A DNA stretch of 64,000 bases from assembly GCA_963665075.1 (NCBI GenBank), contig OY762063.1, positions 1,508,832 through 1,572,831 of the forward strand, in the 5' to 3' direction. A model generated the notes under the pieces. That model made no database searches. It was not told where the DNA came from and saw only the letters and a program-made list of their open reading frames with translations. Of this stretch, positions 8,839 through 18,116 are shown piece by piece. Every line of letters begins with the position of its first letter. The first letter of the stretch is position 1. A program made the translations under genes and the position numbers. The DNA is from Dehalococcoidia bacterium (GTDB lineage Bacteria > Chloroflexota > Dehalococcoidia > Lucifugimonadales > GCA-2712585).

Positions 8839-9698
8839 CCCGCCTCCACGGCCAGAATCCGCTCCAACCCCGCCAAGTCCTTCTCCACCAACACCGACGC
8901 CCCCGGAAACAGCCGCGCCGCCAGCCGACGCAACGCCTCCCCCTGCCCTTCGTCAATCTCCAACAGCATCACCCCGTCCGACGCCAGCTTTCCCGCCGCC
9001 TGCCCCATCAGCCGACGCAGCAGCCCCATCCCGTCCGCGCCCCCGTCCAACGCTTCCCGCGGCTCCCACCCCAACTCCGGCTGCAACTCCCCCAGCCGCG
9101 CCGACGGTATGTAAGGAAGGTTCGCCACGATAACGTCCACCCGCCCCGCAACCGGCTCCAGCAAGTCCCCCGCCAGCAGCTCAATCCGCGCCCCAAGCCC
9201 GAACTTGTCCACGTTCGCCCGAGCCACCCCCAACGCCTCCGACGAAACGTCCGTGGCGCAGACCCGCGCCCCCGGCAGATGCATCGCCAGATTCACCGCG
9301 ATTCCCCCGCTTCCCGTCCCCACGTCCGCCACCGTCAGCCCCGGACGCCCCATCCGCTCCAGGCACGCCAACATCGCCCGCTCCACCAACGCCTCAGTCT
9401 CCGGTCGAGGCACCATCACCCCCGGCCCAACGGTCAAGTCCACGCCGTAGAACTCCCGATGCCCCAGAATGTACGCCAACGGCTCCCGCCCAAGCCGACG
9501 CTCCACCACCTTCTCCAACGTCCCCACCGCATCTGCGGGTATGGCGTCGTCCTGATACGCATAGATACGATGCCGCGGAACTCCCAACACGTCCGTCAGC
9601 ATCACTTCCGCTTCCAGCCGCGGCTCCAACACCCCCGCCGCCTCCAACCGCCGCCGCGCGTCCCGCAAGAACTCCCTCACCGTCATTCCAGCCCTCAC
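8835..9698 (-). CDS. prmC: Release factor glutamine methyltransferase (start approximate)
   Basis: EPLAYILG..EFYG, VPRPETE, DVGTGSG, ANLPY, ALDGGADG; follows prfA. Confidence 0.93.
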   Translation of the reverse strand: MRAGMTVREFLRDARRRLEAAGVLEPRLEAEVMLTDVLGVPRHRIYAYQDDAIPADAVGTLEKVVERRLGREPLAYILGHREFYGVDLTVGPGVMVPRPETEALVERAMLACLERMGRPGLTVADVGTGSGGIAVNLAMHLPGARVCATDVSSEALGVARANVDKFGLGARIELLAGDLLEPVAGRVDVIVANLPYIPSARLGELQPELGWEPREALDGGADGMGLLRRLMGQAAGKLASDGVMLLEIDEGQGEALRRLAARLFPGASVLVEKDLAGLERILAVEAG

Positions 9699-10777
9699 CC
9701 CGCCAACGCCGCCTCCAGCATCTCCGACTGCTCATGCGCCGTCAACGCGTCGATAATATCGTCCATAAACCCGTCCATATACTTCTGATACCCGAAGAAA
9801 TTCCGCCCTATCCGATGGTCAGTAATCCGGTCCTGCGGCAGGTTGTACGTCCGAATCTTCTCTGCCCGATCCCCCGTGCCCACCTGCGTCCGCCGCGACT
9901 GGATTATCTCCCGCTCCAACTTCAACTGCTCCCGCTCGTACAGCCGCGCCCGCAAAATCCCCAGCGCCCGCTGCTTGTTCTTGTACTGCGACCGCTCGTC
10001 CTGGCACGTCACCACCGTCCCCGTCGGATTGTGCACAATCCGAATCGCCGTCGCCACCTTGTTCACGTTCTGCCCCCCGTGCCCGCCCGCGTGGAACACG
10101 TCGATGCGAAGGTCGTCCATGTTTATCCGAATGTCCACCTCCTCCGCCTCCGGAAGCACCGCCACCGTCACCGTGGACGTGTGAAGACGCCCCGACGACT
10201 CCGTCGTCGGAATCCTCTGCACCCGATGCACCCCGCGCTCGAACTTCAGCCGCCCAAACGCGTTCTTCCCCTCGACGCCGAACGCGATTTCGTTGAAGCC
10301 CCCCAGGTCGGAAGGATTGGAATTCAGCACCTCCACCTTCCAGCCCACGTTGTGCGCGTACCTGCTGTACATCCGATACAGGTCGCCTGCGAAAAGCCCC
10401 GCCTCCTGCCCCCCCGCGCCCTTCCGAATCTCGACGATGACGCTCCGTTCGTCGTTCGGATCCTTCGGCAGCAGCGCCAGCCGAAGCTCCTCCTCCAACC
10501 CCTCTATCCGACCCGACACCCCCTCCAACTCCTCCGCCGCCAACGCCTCCATCTCCGGGTCGTCCCCCTCTTCGATGATGGACTGCGCCTCCTCTCGCCG
10601 CGCCTGCAACTCCTTCAACTCCCGATATCCCTTGACCGTGCCTTCGATGCCCGCCCGCTCGATGGCCAGCTTCTGCACCTGCTCGTAGTCCACCGCGATT
10701 TCCGGCAACGCCAACAGACGCCCCAACTCCCGAAACCGGGCGTCAATCTCCTCCAACCTGTCAACAAATGAACTCAT
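9695..10777 (-). CDS. prfA: Peptide chain release factor 1
   Basis: GGHGGQNVNK, GVHRVQRIPTTE, RLHTSTVTVAVLPE, GDRAEKIRTYN. Confidence 0.95.
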   Translation of the reverse strand: MSSFVDRLEEIDARFRELGRLLALPEIAVDYEQVQKLAIERAGIEGTVKGYRELKELQARREEAQSIIEEGDDPEMEALAAEELEGVSGRIEGLEEELRLALLPKDPNDERSVIVEIRKGAGGQEAGLFAGDLYRMYSRYAHNVGWKVEVLNSNPSDLGGFNEIAFGVEGKNAFGRLKFERGVHRVQRIPTTESSGRLHTSTVTVAVLPEAEEVDIRINMDDLRIDVFHAGGHGGQNVNKVATAIRIVHNPTGTVVTCQDERSQYKNKQRALGILRARLYEREQLKLEREIIQSRRTQVGTGDRAEKIRTYNLPQDRITDHRIGRNFFGYQKYMDGFMDDIIDALTAHEQSEMLEAALAG

Positions 10778-11017
10778 CGCACCCCAATTCTATCCAACCC
10801 CCATCCCCAATATCAATTCACCCACCCCCTCTTAATCCCTTCCCCCTTGACGGGGGAAGGTTAGGATGGGGGTGAATTTCCCCCGCTCACCCTGAGCCTG
10901 TCGAAGGGTCGAGCGCCCCCACCAACCCCCTCCGTCATTCCCGTGAAAACGGGAATCCACCGCTCCCTACGCCCAACCCCCTGTAGGAGCGGTTCGCGAA
11001 CCACCCATCCCCCACCC

Positions 11018-12427
11018 CTAAACCCCCGGCCTGCGCTTATGCCACTCCGTCGCCTGCTGATACGCGTACCCCGCCCGCAACGCCGTCCCCTCCTCGAAGG
11101 GCCGCGCCGCCAGCTGCAACCCCACCGGCATCCCCTGCGAGAACCCACACGGAACCGTCAACGCCGGATACCCCGTCAGGTTGAACGGCCTCGTGTACTG
11201 CGTCAGCGCCGGAATCACCCCCACCGACTCCCCGTTGACCTCGATTGAATCCGCCTCTATCGGCGGCGCCACCACCGGCTCCATCGGCCCTGCCAGAATG
11301 TCCACCGACTCGAACAACTCCCGCGCCGACTCCGTGTACTCCCGACGATGCCGCAACGCCCGCAGATAGTCCGGCCCGCTTATGAACAACCCCGACTCGA
11401 ACCGCCACCGCACCGAAGGGTCGTACTCCTTCCCCCGTCGCACCAGCAGTTCCCGATGATACGCCGCCGCTTCCGCGTACAGGATTATCTTGGATATGTC
11501 GGCGGAGCGGTGGTACATCGGCCACGAAACCTCCACCACCTCCGCGCCCAAACCCGCCAGCGTCTCCAACGCCGCCCGCGTCAGCCTCTCCACCTCTGCG
11601 TCCACCGGCACCTCGAAATACTCCCTCGGAACGCCAACCCGCAGACCCGTCAAATCTTCCGATAGCGCCTCCATATAGTCCGGCACCGGCTCATCCTCCG
11701 ACGCCGGATCCCGCGGGTCGTACCCGGCCAACACTTGCAGCGCCGCCGCGCAGTCTTCCACCGTCCGCGCCATCGGCCCCGGATGGTCCAACGACCACGA
11801 CAGCGACACCAGCCCATAGCGGCTGACACGCCCGTAGGTCGGCTTCAGCCCCGCCAATCCGCACAACGCGCTCGGAATCCGTATCGACCCGCCCGTGTCC
11901 GTCCCCAACGTTATGGCGCACTGACCCGCCGCCGCCGCCGAGCCGGAGCCGCCGCTGGAGCCGCCGGCGACCCGCTCCACGTCCCACGGGTTGTGCATGT
12001 GCCCGTAGTCCGCGTTGTGTCCCGTCGGCCCGAAGGCGAACTGGTGCAGATTCAGCTTCCCCATCAGAATCGCCCCCGCCTCTTTCAGGCTCGCCGCCGA
12101 CGCGCCGTCATAGTCGGGCACGAAATCATCGAAGATGCGGGACCCTGACGTGTTCGGCATCCCCTTCACGTAATACAGGTCCTTCAATCCCACCGGCACC
12201 CCATGTAGAACGCCCCGATATTCTCCGGCAGCAATCTCCGTCTCCGCCCGCCGCGCCGCCTCCAAAGACTCCTCCCCCGGACGGGTTATGAAGGAATTGA
12301 GTGTCGCCTCCGTCGCCTCTATCCGCTCCAGATGCGCCTGCACCACCTCCACCGGCGAGACCTGCCTGGATTCGATGAGCCGCCCAAGTTCAACCGCGCT
12401 GAGAAAGCAAAGTTCCGTCGCGTCCAT
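11018..12427 (-). CDS. Amidase signature family protein
   Basis: LKD, GGSSGGSG, GTDTGGSIRIP. Confidence 0.9.
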   Translation of the reverse strand: MDATELCFLSAVELGRLIESRQVSPVEVVQAHLERIEATEATLNSFITRPGEESLEAARRAETEIAAGEYRGVLHGVPVGLKDLYYVKGMPNTSGSRIFDDFVPDYDGASAASLKEAGAILMGKLNLHQFAFGPTGHNADYGHMHNPWDVERVAGGSSGGSGSAAAAGQCAITLGTDTGGSIRIPSALCGLAGLKPTYGRVSRYGLVSLSWSLDHPGPMARTVEDCAAALQVLAGYDPRDPASEDEPVPDYMEALSEDLTGLRVGVPREYFEVPVDAEVERLTRAALETLAGLGAEVVEVSWPMYHRSADISKIILYAEAAAYHRELLVRRGKEYDPSVRWRFESGLFISGPDYLRALRHRREYTESARELFESVDILAGPMEPVVAPPIEADSIEVNGESVGVIPALTQYTRPFNLTGYPALTVPCGFSQGMPVGLQLAARPFEEGTALRAGYAYQQATEWHKRRPGV

Positions 12428-12430
12428 AGC

Positions 12431-12622
12431 CTACCTCTCCCCCGGCGAAAACACGTTGGCCGGCTCGATTTCGCCCAATTCCAGCTTCCGCAGTTCAGCC
12501 ACCGTCGCCATGATGTCCTTCACGCTGGCGTACAACTCCGCCGTGTGGTCCGGGTCGCTGGTGTCTATCCCCTGCAACGCCGCCATTTGCAAAAAGGTCT
12601 CCATAGTCAGTTTTTCCGCCAT
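12431..12622 (-). CDS. Small GatC/AtzG-like amidase partner protein
   Basis: 63 aa directly upstream of the amidase; ends LGEIEPANVF. Confidence 0.6.
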   Translation of the reverse strand: MAEKLTMETFLQMAALQGIDTSDPDHTAELYASVKDIMATVAELRKLELGEIEPANVFSPGER

Positions 12623-12624
12623 GA

Positions 12625-12927
12625 CTACTCCTTTATCTCGATGAGAATGTTCTTGTGAGAAGTGTCCCCGATGTTCGTAACCTCGTGGGGCTGATGCTTG
12701 CCGGCGTAAGTATACCGCCCCGCGAATCCGACGGTTTCGTCCGACGTGCCGTCTTCAAACCGACGCCGCATACGGCTTTCCGTCAGCCCCACCGTCACGT
12801 AGTCCAGCTTGTGGGTATGCCAATGGCTCGACTCCCCCGGCTCCAGCGCCAACTCCCAAATCCGAACCCGGTCATTCTCGAATACCACCTTCGTCCCCAC
12901 ATCGCCCCATTGCCGTTCCTCGCTCAT
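12625..12927 (-). CDS. Cupin domain protein
   Basis: VFENDRVRIWEL.LEPGE..WHTH, HEVTN. Confidence 0.8.
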   Translation of the reverse strand: MSEERQWGDVGTKVVFENDRVRIWELALEPGESSHWHTHKLDYVTVGLTESRMRRRFEDGTSDETVGFAGRYTYAGKHQPHEVTNIGDTSHKNILIEIKE

Positions 12928-12958
12928 CGCTTCCCTCCTGAATCATCCAAATCGCCCC

Positions 12959-14371
12959 CTACAAATGAAACACCACCATCTTCAACTCCGTCATCTCCTC
13001 CACCGCGTATCGCGGCCCCTCCTTCCCCATCCCGCTCTCCTTCAACCCCCCGTAAGGCATCAAATCCGCACGCCACTGCGGCCCGGAATTTATCATCAGA
13101 TTTCCCGACTCCACCTCCTGGGCGAACCGCATCGCCCAGTCCACGTTCTGCGTGAAGATGCCCGCGCTGAGTCCATACCGGGAATCGTTGGCCAGCGCAA
13201 TGGCCTCGTCGATGGAGCTGAACGACGTGACGGCCACGGCCGGCCCGAACAGTTCGTCGCAGGAAATCCGCATCTCCGGGCTGACCTCCGCCACCACCGT
13301 CGGCGCCAGCATCGACCCCTCCCTGTCACCCCCCGTCACCAGCCGCGCGCCCTGTCCCACCGCTTCCCGCACCCACTCCCCCACCCGCACCGCGTCCGCC
13401 TCCCTAATCATCGGCCCCATCCGCACCGACTCCTCCAAAGGATTGCCTGTGCTGACCGCCTCCACCGCGGGCTTGAGCGCGTCCAGGAAGTCTCCATATA
13501 TCCGCCCATCAGCCAGCACCCTCTGGGTTGAGATGCACACCTGCCCCGCGTTGGAGTAACCGCTCGCCACCGTCGCCTGCGCCACCTTCTCCAAATCCGC
13601 ATCGGGCATGATTATGAGCGGACTGTTCGACCCCAACTCCATCGTCACCTTCTTCAATCCCGCCGCCCTCACTATCTGTTCGCCAACGTCCCGGCTGCCG
13701 GTGAACGTAACCTTCCGCACCCGCGAATCGCCGACCAGCGCGTTCCCCACCGTCGCGCCCGATCCGGTGATGCACTGCACCCCGTCCGGCGGAATCCCAG
13801 CCTCCAACAGCGCCTCCGTCAGCTTCAACGCCGAAAGCGGCGTGTCGCTGGCGGGCTTGATTATGACGGAATTGCCCGCCGCCAGCGCGGGCCCCACCTT
13901 GTGGCAAACCAGGTTGAGCGGAAAGTTGAAGGGACTGATGGCCACAACCACGCCCACCGGAACCCGCAGCGTGAACCCCATCTGCCTGCCGTCGCCGGGC
14001 ACCCCGTCCAACGGCACCGTCTCCCCGTGGATTCGCTTGGCTTCCTCCGCCGACAGCGTGATGGTCTGAATCGCCCTCTGCACCTCCGCGCGGCCCTCGG
14101 CGATGACCTTCCCTTCCTCCATCGTGATAATACGGGCGAACTCCTCCGCCCTATCCGAGATGATTCCCGCCGCCTTGGATAGCAGCGAATAGCGCTCGTA
14201 TGCGGTGAGGCCCGCCATCGCCTTCGCCCCATTTGAGGCAGACGCCAACGCCGCTTCCACGTCCGACGCATCCGCGCGGGGAACCGTGTCGATAACTGAG
14301 CCGTCAAAGGGGTTGACCACCTCGGTAACCGAATCCCGGTTCACCCACTCGCCGGCGACGTACATTTTCAT
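12959..14371 (-). CDS. Aldehyde dehydrogenase
   Basis: SPFNFP, FTGS, MELGSN, NAGQVCIS, ELFGP, YGGLKESG. Confidence 0.93.
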   Translation of the reverse strand: MKMYVAGEWVNRDSVTEVVNPFDGSVIDTVPRADASDVEAALASASNGAKAMAGLTAYERYSLLSKAAGIISDRAEEFARIITMEEGKVIAEGRAEVQRAIQTITLSAEEAKRIHGETVPLDGVPGDGRQMGFTLRVPVGVVVAISPFNFPLNLVCHKVGPALAAGNSVIIKPASDTPLSALKLTEALLEAGIPPDGVQCITGSGATVGNALVGDSRVRKVTFTGSRDVGEQIVRAAGLKKVTMELGSNSPLIIMPDADLEKVAQATVASGYSNAGQVCISTQRVLADGRIYGDFLDALKPAVEAVSTGNPLEESVRMGPMIREADAVRVGEWVREAVGQGARLVTGGDREGSMLAPTVVAEVSPEMRISCDELFGPAVAVTSFSSIDEAIALANDSRYGLSAGIFTQNVDWAMRFAQEVESGNLMINSGPQWRADLMPYGGLKESGMGKEGPRYAVEEMTELKMVVFHL

Positions 14372-14560
14372 GGCATAACCTCCCTAATGCACTCCCTCAA
14401 ACCTTCGCATAACTGTCCCAACAGCGCCGATTAGCTTCTTCCCCCTTGACGGGGGAAGGTTAGGATGGGGGTGATTCCGGTGGGGAAGATGACGCGTCTG
14501 GCAGGCACGCAAAAGCCTTCTCCCTCGACTAATCCGAAGATGGACAATGACGAGACCCGC

Positions 14561-15322
14561 TTAAGTCTCCCTCCGCACCGGATTGCTCAGCACGCCGACG
14601 CCCTCAACCTCCACCTCGCAAACATCCCCGTCCTTCAACTCCGCCGGCTGGCCGGGCGTGCCCGTGAATATCATGTCACCCGGCTCCAGGGTGATGGTCT
14701 TGCTCACGTGGCTGATGACGGTAGGCAGGTCGAACAGGAACATCGCCGTCGTCTCCGCCTGCACCTCCTCGCCGTTCACCCGCGCCCGAAGCATCATGTC
14801 GCTGGGGTCCAGCCCCGTCACCATGAACGGCCCGGCGGGACTGAACGTGTCCGACGACTTGGCCCGCCACCACTGACCGTCGCCCCGCTGCCACTGCCGC
14901 GCGCTCACGTCGTTGCCGCAGGTGTAGCCCAACACGTGATCCAACGCCTCCTCCTTCGGCACGTTCTTGCACCGGTCCTTGATGATTGCGACCACCTCGC
15001 CCTCCTCGTCCACCCGCCCGTCGAAGGACTTGGGAATGACGATGGTGTCCCCAGGCCCAGCCAGAGACGTGGTCGTCTTGTAGAAGATGAGCGGCTCTTC
15101 CAAAGGCGCCCGGTCTCCCAGATGGCTGCGGTAGTTCAGCCCCACCGCGATTATCTTCCCCGGCACGCTGGGAGCCAGCAGCTTAACCTGGTCGAGGGTG
15201 TGGGTGTGGTCCGTAACTTCGTAATCCTCGAAGGGACTGGTGGTTATCTGCTTGATGGTGTCCCCTTCGACAACGCCGTAGTTGACGTCGCCGTGAGCCT
15301 CGTATCTTGCAAAGACGGTCAT
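14561..15322 (-). CDS. Fumarylacetoacetate hydrolase family protein
   Basis: GLNYRSH, EGE, GYTCGNDVSAR, LEPGDMIFTGTP. Confidence 0.92.
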   Translation of the reverse strand: MTVFARYEAHGDVNYGVVEGDTIKQITTSPFEDYEVTDHTHTLDQVKLLAPSVPGKIIAVGLNYRSHLGDRAPLEEPLIFYKTTTSLAGPGDTIVIPKSFDGRVDEEGEVVAIIKDRCKNVPKEEALDHVLGYTCGNDVSARQWQRGDGQWWRAKSSDTFSPAGPFMVTGLDPSDMMLRARVNGEEVQAETTAMFLFDLPTVISHVSKTITLEPGDMIFTGTPGQPAELKDGDVCEVEVEGVGVLSNPVRRET

Positions 15323-15426
15323 ATTTCATCCTCCAATTAGTGCCTTCCCCCAAGCCGACGAACCCGCCGGCTCCGGGATACGCTAATCGGTATTCTAGAG
15401 CCAACGCCAACAATAATCCACCCTTG

Positions 15427-15455
15427 TTGACGAACCGCCCAATCCGTAATACCAT
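15427..15455 (+). promoter_or_regulatory. Sigma70 promoter of the leader/ABC operon
   Basis: TTGACG-17nt-TACCAT. Confidence 0.75.
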
Positions 15456-15466
15456 TTGCTGACCCC

Positions 15467-15565
15467 ATGCCCGTCATAAACACAACTCCCACCCTCATCG
15501 AGGGCTTCACCTGAGGCCGCGCCTGGACGGGCGAGGTGCGTCCTGCAAAGCTCCGGCTTCCCTGA
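15467..15565 (+). CDS. Putative selenocysteine-containing leader peptide MPVINTTPTLIEGFT-U-GRAWTGEVRPAKLRLP
   Basis: ATG 11 nt after the -10 box; in-frame TGA at 15512-15514 followed immediately by a GC-rich hairpin (15514-15544); next in-frame TGA at 15563. Confidence 0.55.
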
Positions 15566-15593
15566 TTTCCCCCGGCGATTACCCCTTTAGCAG

Positions 15594-15656
15594 TTCTTCC
15601 CTCGTCTTCGCTCCAGGCTAGTTGCGTAGTGCACTAACCACGGACGAGGAGAAGAA
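15594..15656 (+). promoter_or_regulatory. SD-sequestering hairpin of the ABC substrate-binding gene
   Basis: TTCTTCCCTCGTC (15594-15606) pairs with GACGAGG-A-GAAGAA (15643-15656): 13 bp, one bulge, covering GAGGAG. Confidence 0.7.
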
Positions 15657-15657
15657 A

Positions 15658-16554
15658 TTGAATCCCCACAATCACGGTTGGAGACTCATCTTTATCGCGC
15701 CGATTCTGCTGCTCACGCTGGCGCTTTCGGCGGCCTGCGGCGACGACGATGAACCGACGCAAACCCTCTACATCGGCGGCATTCCCGACCAGGAAACCTC
15801 CCTGCTCGTCCGCCGCTTCGACGGCCTCGCCGACTACCTCAGCGACAAGCTAGGCGTCCCCGTCGAATACAAGCCCAGCATCGACTACGCCGCCGTCGTC
15901 ACCGCCTTCGCCAACGAAGACCTCCATCTGGCCTGGTTCGGCGCGCTCACCGGCGCCCAGGCCCGCAACCAGGCCCCCGGCGCCCAGGCCATCGCCCATC
16001 GTCCCATCGACGCCGAATTCGTCTCCGTCTATATCGTCCAGTCCGACCTTCCCGCCCAGGGTCTCCAAGACCTGAGCGGCCTGACCTTCACCTTCGGCAG
16101 CGTCAACTCCACCTCCGGCCACCTCATGCCCCGCCACTTCCTCCTCGAAGCGGGCATAGATCCGGACGCCGACCTGAACGGCCTCCCCAACTACTCCGGC
16201 TCCCACGACACCACCTGGAAGCTGGTGGAATCCGGCTCCTTCCAGGCCGGCGCCCTGAGTAAAACCGTTTGGGACAAGGCCGTTTCCGATGGCCGGGTGG
16301 ACACGTCGAAGGTGAGGCAGGTGGCCGTCACTCCCCCCTACTTCAACTACAACTGGTCCGTGCGCGGAGACCTGGACGATACCTTCGGCGAAGGGTTCGC
16401 CCAACGGCTTCAGGATGCCCTCCTTGCCATGCACGAGGACGCAAGCCAGGCCGACCTGCTCGAAGCCTTCCGAACGGACTCCTTCGTCGCCACCAGGAAC
16501 GAAAACTACGCCGCCATAGAGTCCGTAGCCAAGTCCTTGGGGATGCTTCAGTAA
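15658..16554 (+). CDS. PhnD-like ABC substrate-binding lipoprotein, putative selenate-transporter subfamily
   Basis: TTG start after GAGGAG; lipobox LSAAC; IPDQ, AWFGALTGAQAR, FTFGSVNSTSGHLMP, SGSHD, TPPYFNYNW. Confidence 0.8.
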   Translation: MNPHNHGWRLIFIAPILLLTLALSAACGDDDEPTQTLYIGGIPDQETSLLVRRFDGLADYLSDKLGVPVEYKPSIDYAAVVTAFANEDLHLAWFGALTGAQARNQAPGAQAIAHRPIDAEFVSVYIVQSDLPAQGLQDLSGLTFTFGSVNSTSGHLMPRHFLLEAGIDPDADLNGLPNYSGSHDTTWKLVESGSFQAGALSKTVWDKAVSDGRVDTSKVRQVAVTPPYFNYNWSVRGDLDDTFGEGFAQRLQDALLAMHEDASQADLLEAFRTDSFVATRNENYAAIESVAKSLGMLQ

Positions 16555-16555
16555 A

Positions 16556-17326
16556 ATGACGCGCAACGGCCAGCGTCCATATCCCATAGTCCGGTTGGAA
16601 GGGGTATCCAAGCGGTACAACGGATCCGCCGCCCTCTCGTCCCTAGACTTGGAAATTCGCGAAGGCGAACGGGTGGCCGTCCTAGGCCCCAGCGGCAGCG
16701 GCAAGACCACCCTCCTGCACCTCGTCGCGGGAATGGAGCAGCCCAACGACGGACGCGTGCTGCTGGCCGGACTGCCCCTCGCGTCCATGAGCGCCGGCCC
16801 CAAGCTGTCCGAACTGGTCGGAATGATGCACCAGCAGCTGGATCTCGTTCCCCATCTCTCCGTCAAGCACAACGTCCAGGCCGGACGACTCGGTAGATGG
16901 AGCCTCTGGAAGTCCCTTGTGTCCCTCGTGTCCCTGCGAGAACGAGAAATGGTGGAGCGAGCGCTGGAACGCGTCGGCATCCCCGAAAAGCTGCACGAAA
17001 GGACTTCCCACCTTTCCGGCGGCGAACAGCAGCGGGTGGCGATGGCCCGGCTGCTGTCCCAACAGTCGAGGGTGGTGCTGGCCGACGAACCCGTGGCCTC
17101 CCTCGACCCGGCCCGCGCCGAAGACCTCATGCACCTGCTGGTGTCCATCGTCGCCGAGTCCGGCAAAACCCTCATCGCCAGCGTTCACTCCACCCACCTG
17201 ACCCGCAAATACTTCTCCCGCGCCGTCGGACTCCGCAATGGAACGCTGGAGTTCGACCTGCCCGTGGAGCGTCTGACGGATGAGGCCCTCAACCGCCTCT
17301 ACGACATCACCCCAAGCCGCGCCTGA
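16556..17326 (+). CDS. PhnC-like ABC ATP-binding protein
   Basis: GPSGSGKTT, LSGGEQQRVA, LADEPVASLDP. Confidence 0.9.
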   Translation: MTRNGQRPYPIVRLEGVSKRYNGSAALSSLDLEIREGERVAVLGPSGSGKTTLLHLVAGMEQPNDGRVLLAGLPLASMSAGPKLSELVGMMHQQLDLVPHLSVKHNVQAGRLGRWSLWKSLVSLVSLREREMVERALERVGIPEKLHERTSHLSGGEQQRVAMARLLSQQSRVVLADEPVASLDPARAEDLMHLLVSIVAESGKTLIASVHSTHLTRKYFSRAVGLRNGTLEFDLPVERLTDEALNRLYDITPSRA

Positions 17327-18116
17327 GCAGAGCGGCGGCTTCTTCCGCGGGCGGGGTTTCCTCACTCTGCTGCTGGTCGCCGCCCTCCTTTGGAGCCTGA
17401 CCTCCCTTTCGTGGGGAAGCTCCCCCGTCCACCCCGGCGGCCTCGCCTCCATCGGCCAGTTCTTCCAGGCCGCCCTTCGGCCCGAACTATCAGCCGAATT
17501 TCTTACCCTCACCCTCAGTTCCGCCTGGAAGACCGTCGCCTATGCGGTGGCCGGAATTTGCCTCGCCGTAATCCTCGGATTCCCCCTCGGCGTCCTGGCC
17601 TCCGGCGTTCTTGCCCGCCGATGGGCCAGCCGAATCCCCGGCGTCGCCGCCTTCCGCTTCCTATTGGGCTGTATGCGCGCCGTCCACGAACTCATCTGGG
17701 CCTGGTTCTTCGTCGCCGCCGTCGGCCTCTCCCCCGCCGCCGCCATCTTCGCCCTCGCCATCCCCTACGCCGGCATCCTCGGCCGCATCTACGCCGACAT
17801 CCTCAACGATGTTCCCAACCCGCCCCTCCAGGCCCTCCGGGCCTCCGGCGCGTCCGAGACCAAAGTCCTCCTCTACGGACGTCTCCCGATGGCCCTCCCC
17901 GACATGCTCAGCTACACCTTCTACCGCTTCGAATGCGCCATCCGCTCCGCCGCCATCATGGGCTTCGTCGGCGTCGGCGGCCTGGGTATGCAGATACAGC
18001 TTTCCCTCTCAGACCTCTACTTCAATGAAGTCTGGACGCTGCTCTACGCACTGGTCGCCCTGGTGCTTCTGGTTGACCTCTGGAGTTCCTGGGTCAGGAG
18101 GTATCTAACCTCGTGA
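17280..18116 (+). CDS. PhnE-like ABC permease (start uncertain)
   Basis: RAVHELIWA, YRFECAIRSAAIMGFVGVGGLG. Confidence 0.88.
   Translation: MRPSTASTTSPQAAPEQSGGFFRGRGFLTLLLVAALLWSLTSLSWGSSPVHPGGLASIGQFFQAALRPELSAEFLTLTLSSAWKTVAYAVAGICLAVILGFPLGVLASGVLARRWASRIPGVAAFRFLLGCMRAVHELIWAWFFVAAVGLSPAAAIFALAIPYAGILGRIYADILNDVPNPPLQALRASGASETKVLLYGRLPMALPDMLSYTFYRFECAIRSAAIMGFVGVGGLGMQIQLSLSDLYFNEVWTLLYALVALVLLVDLWSSWVRRYLTS

Noticed and set aside
11018-12622. Calling these gatA/gatC
   Set aside because: No adjacent gatB and the context is catabolic
15563-15637. Second UGA of the leader as another Sec codon
   Set aside because: No convincing hairpin directly downstream; treated as the stop, although read-through to TAA 15635 cannot be excluded
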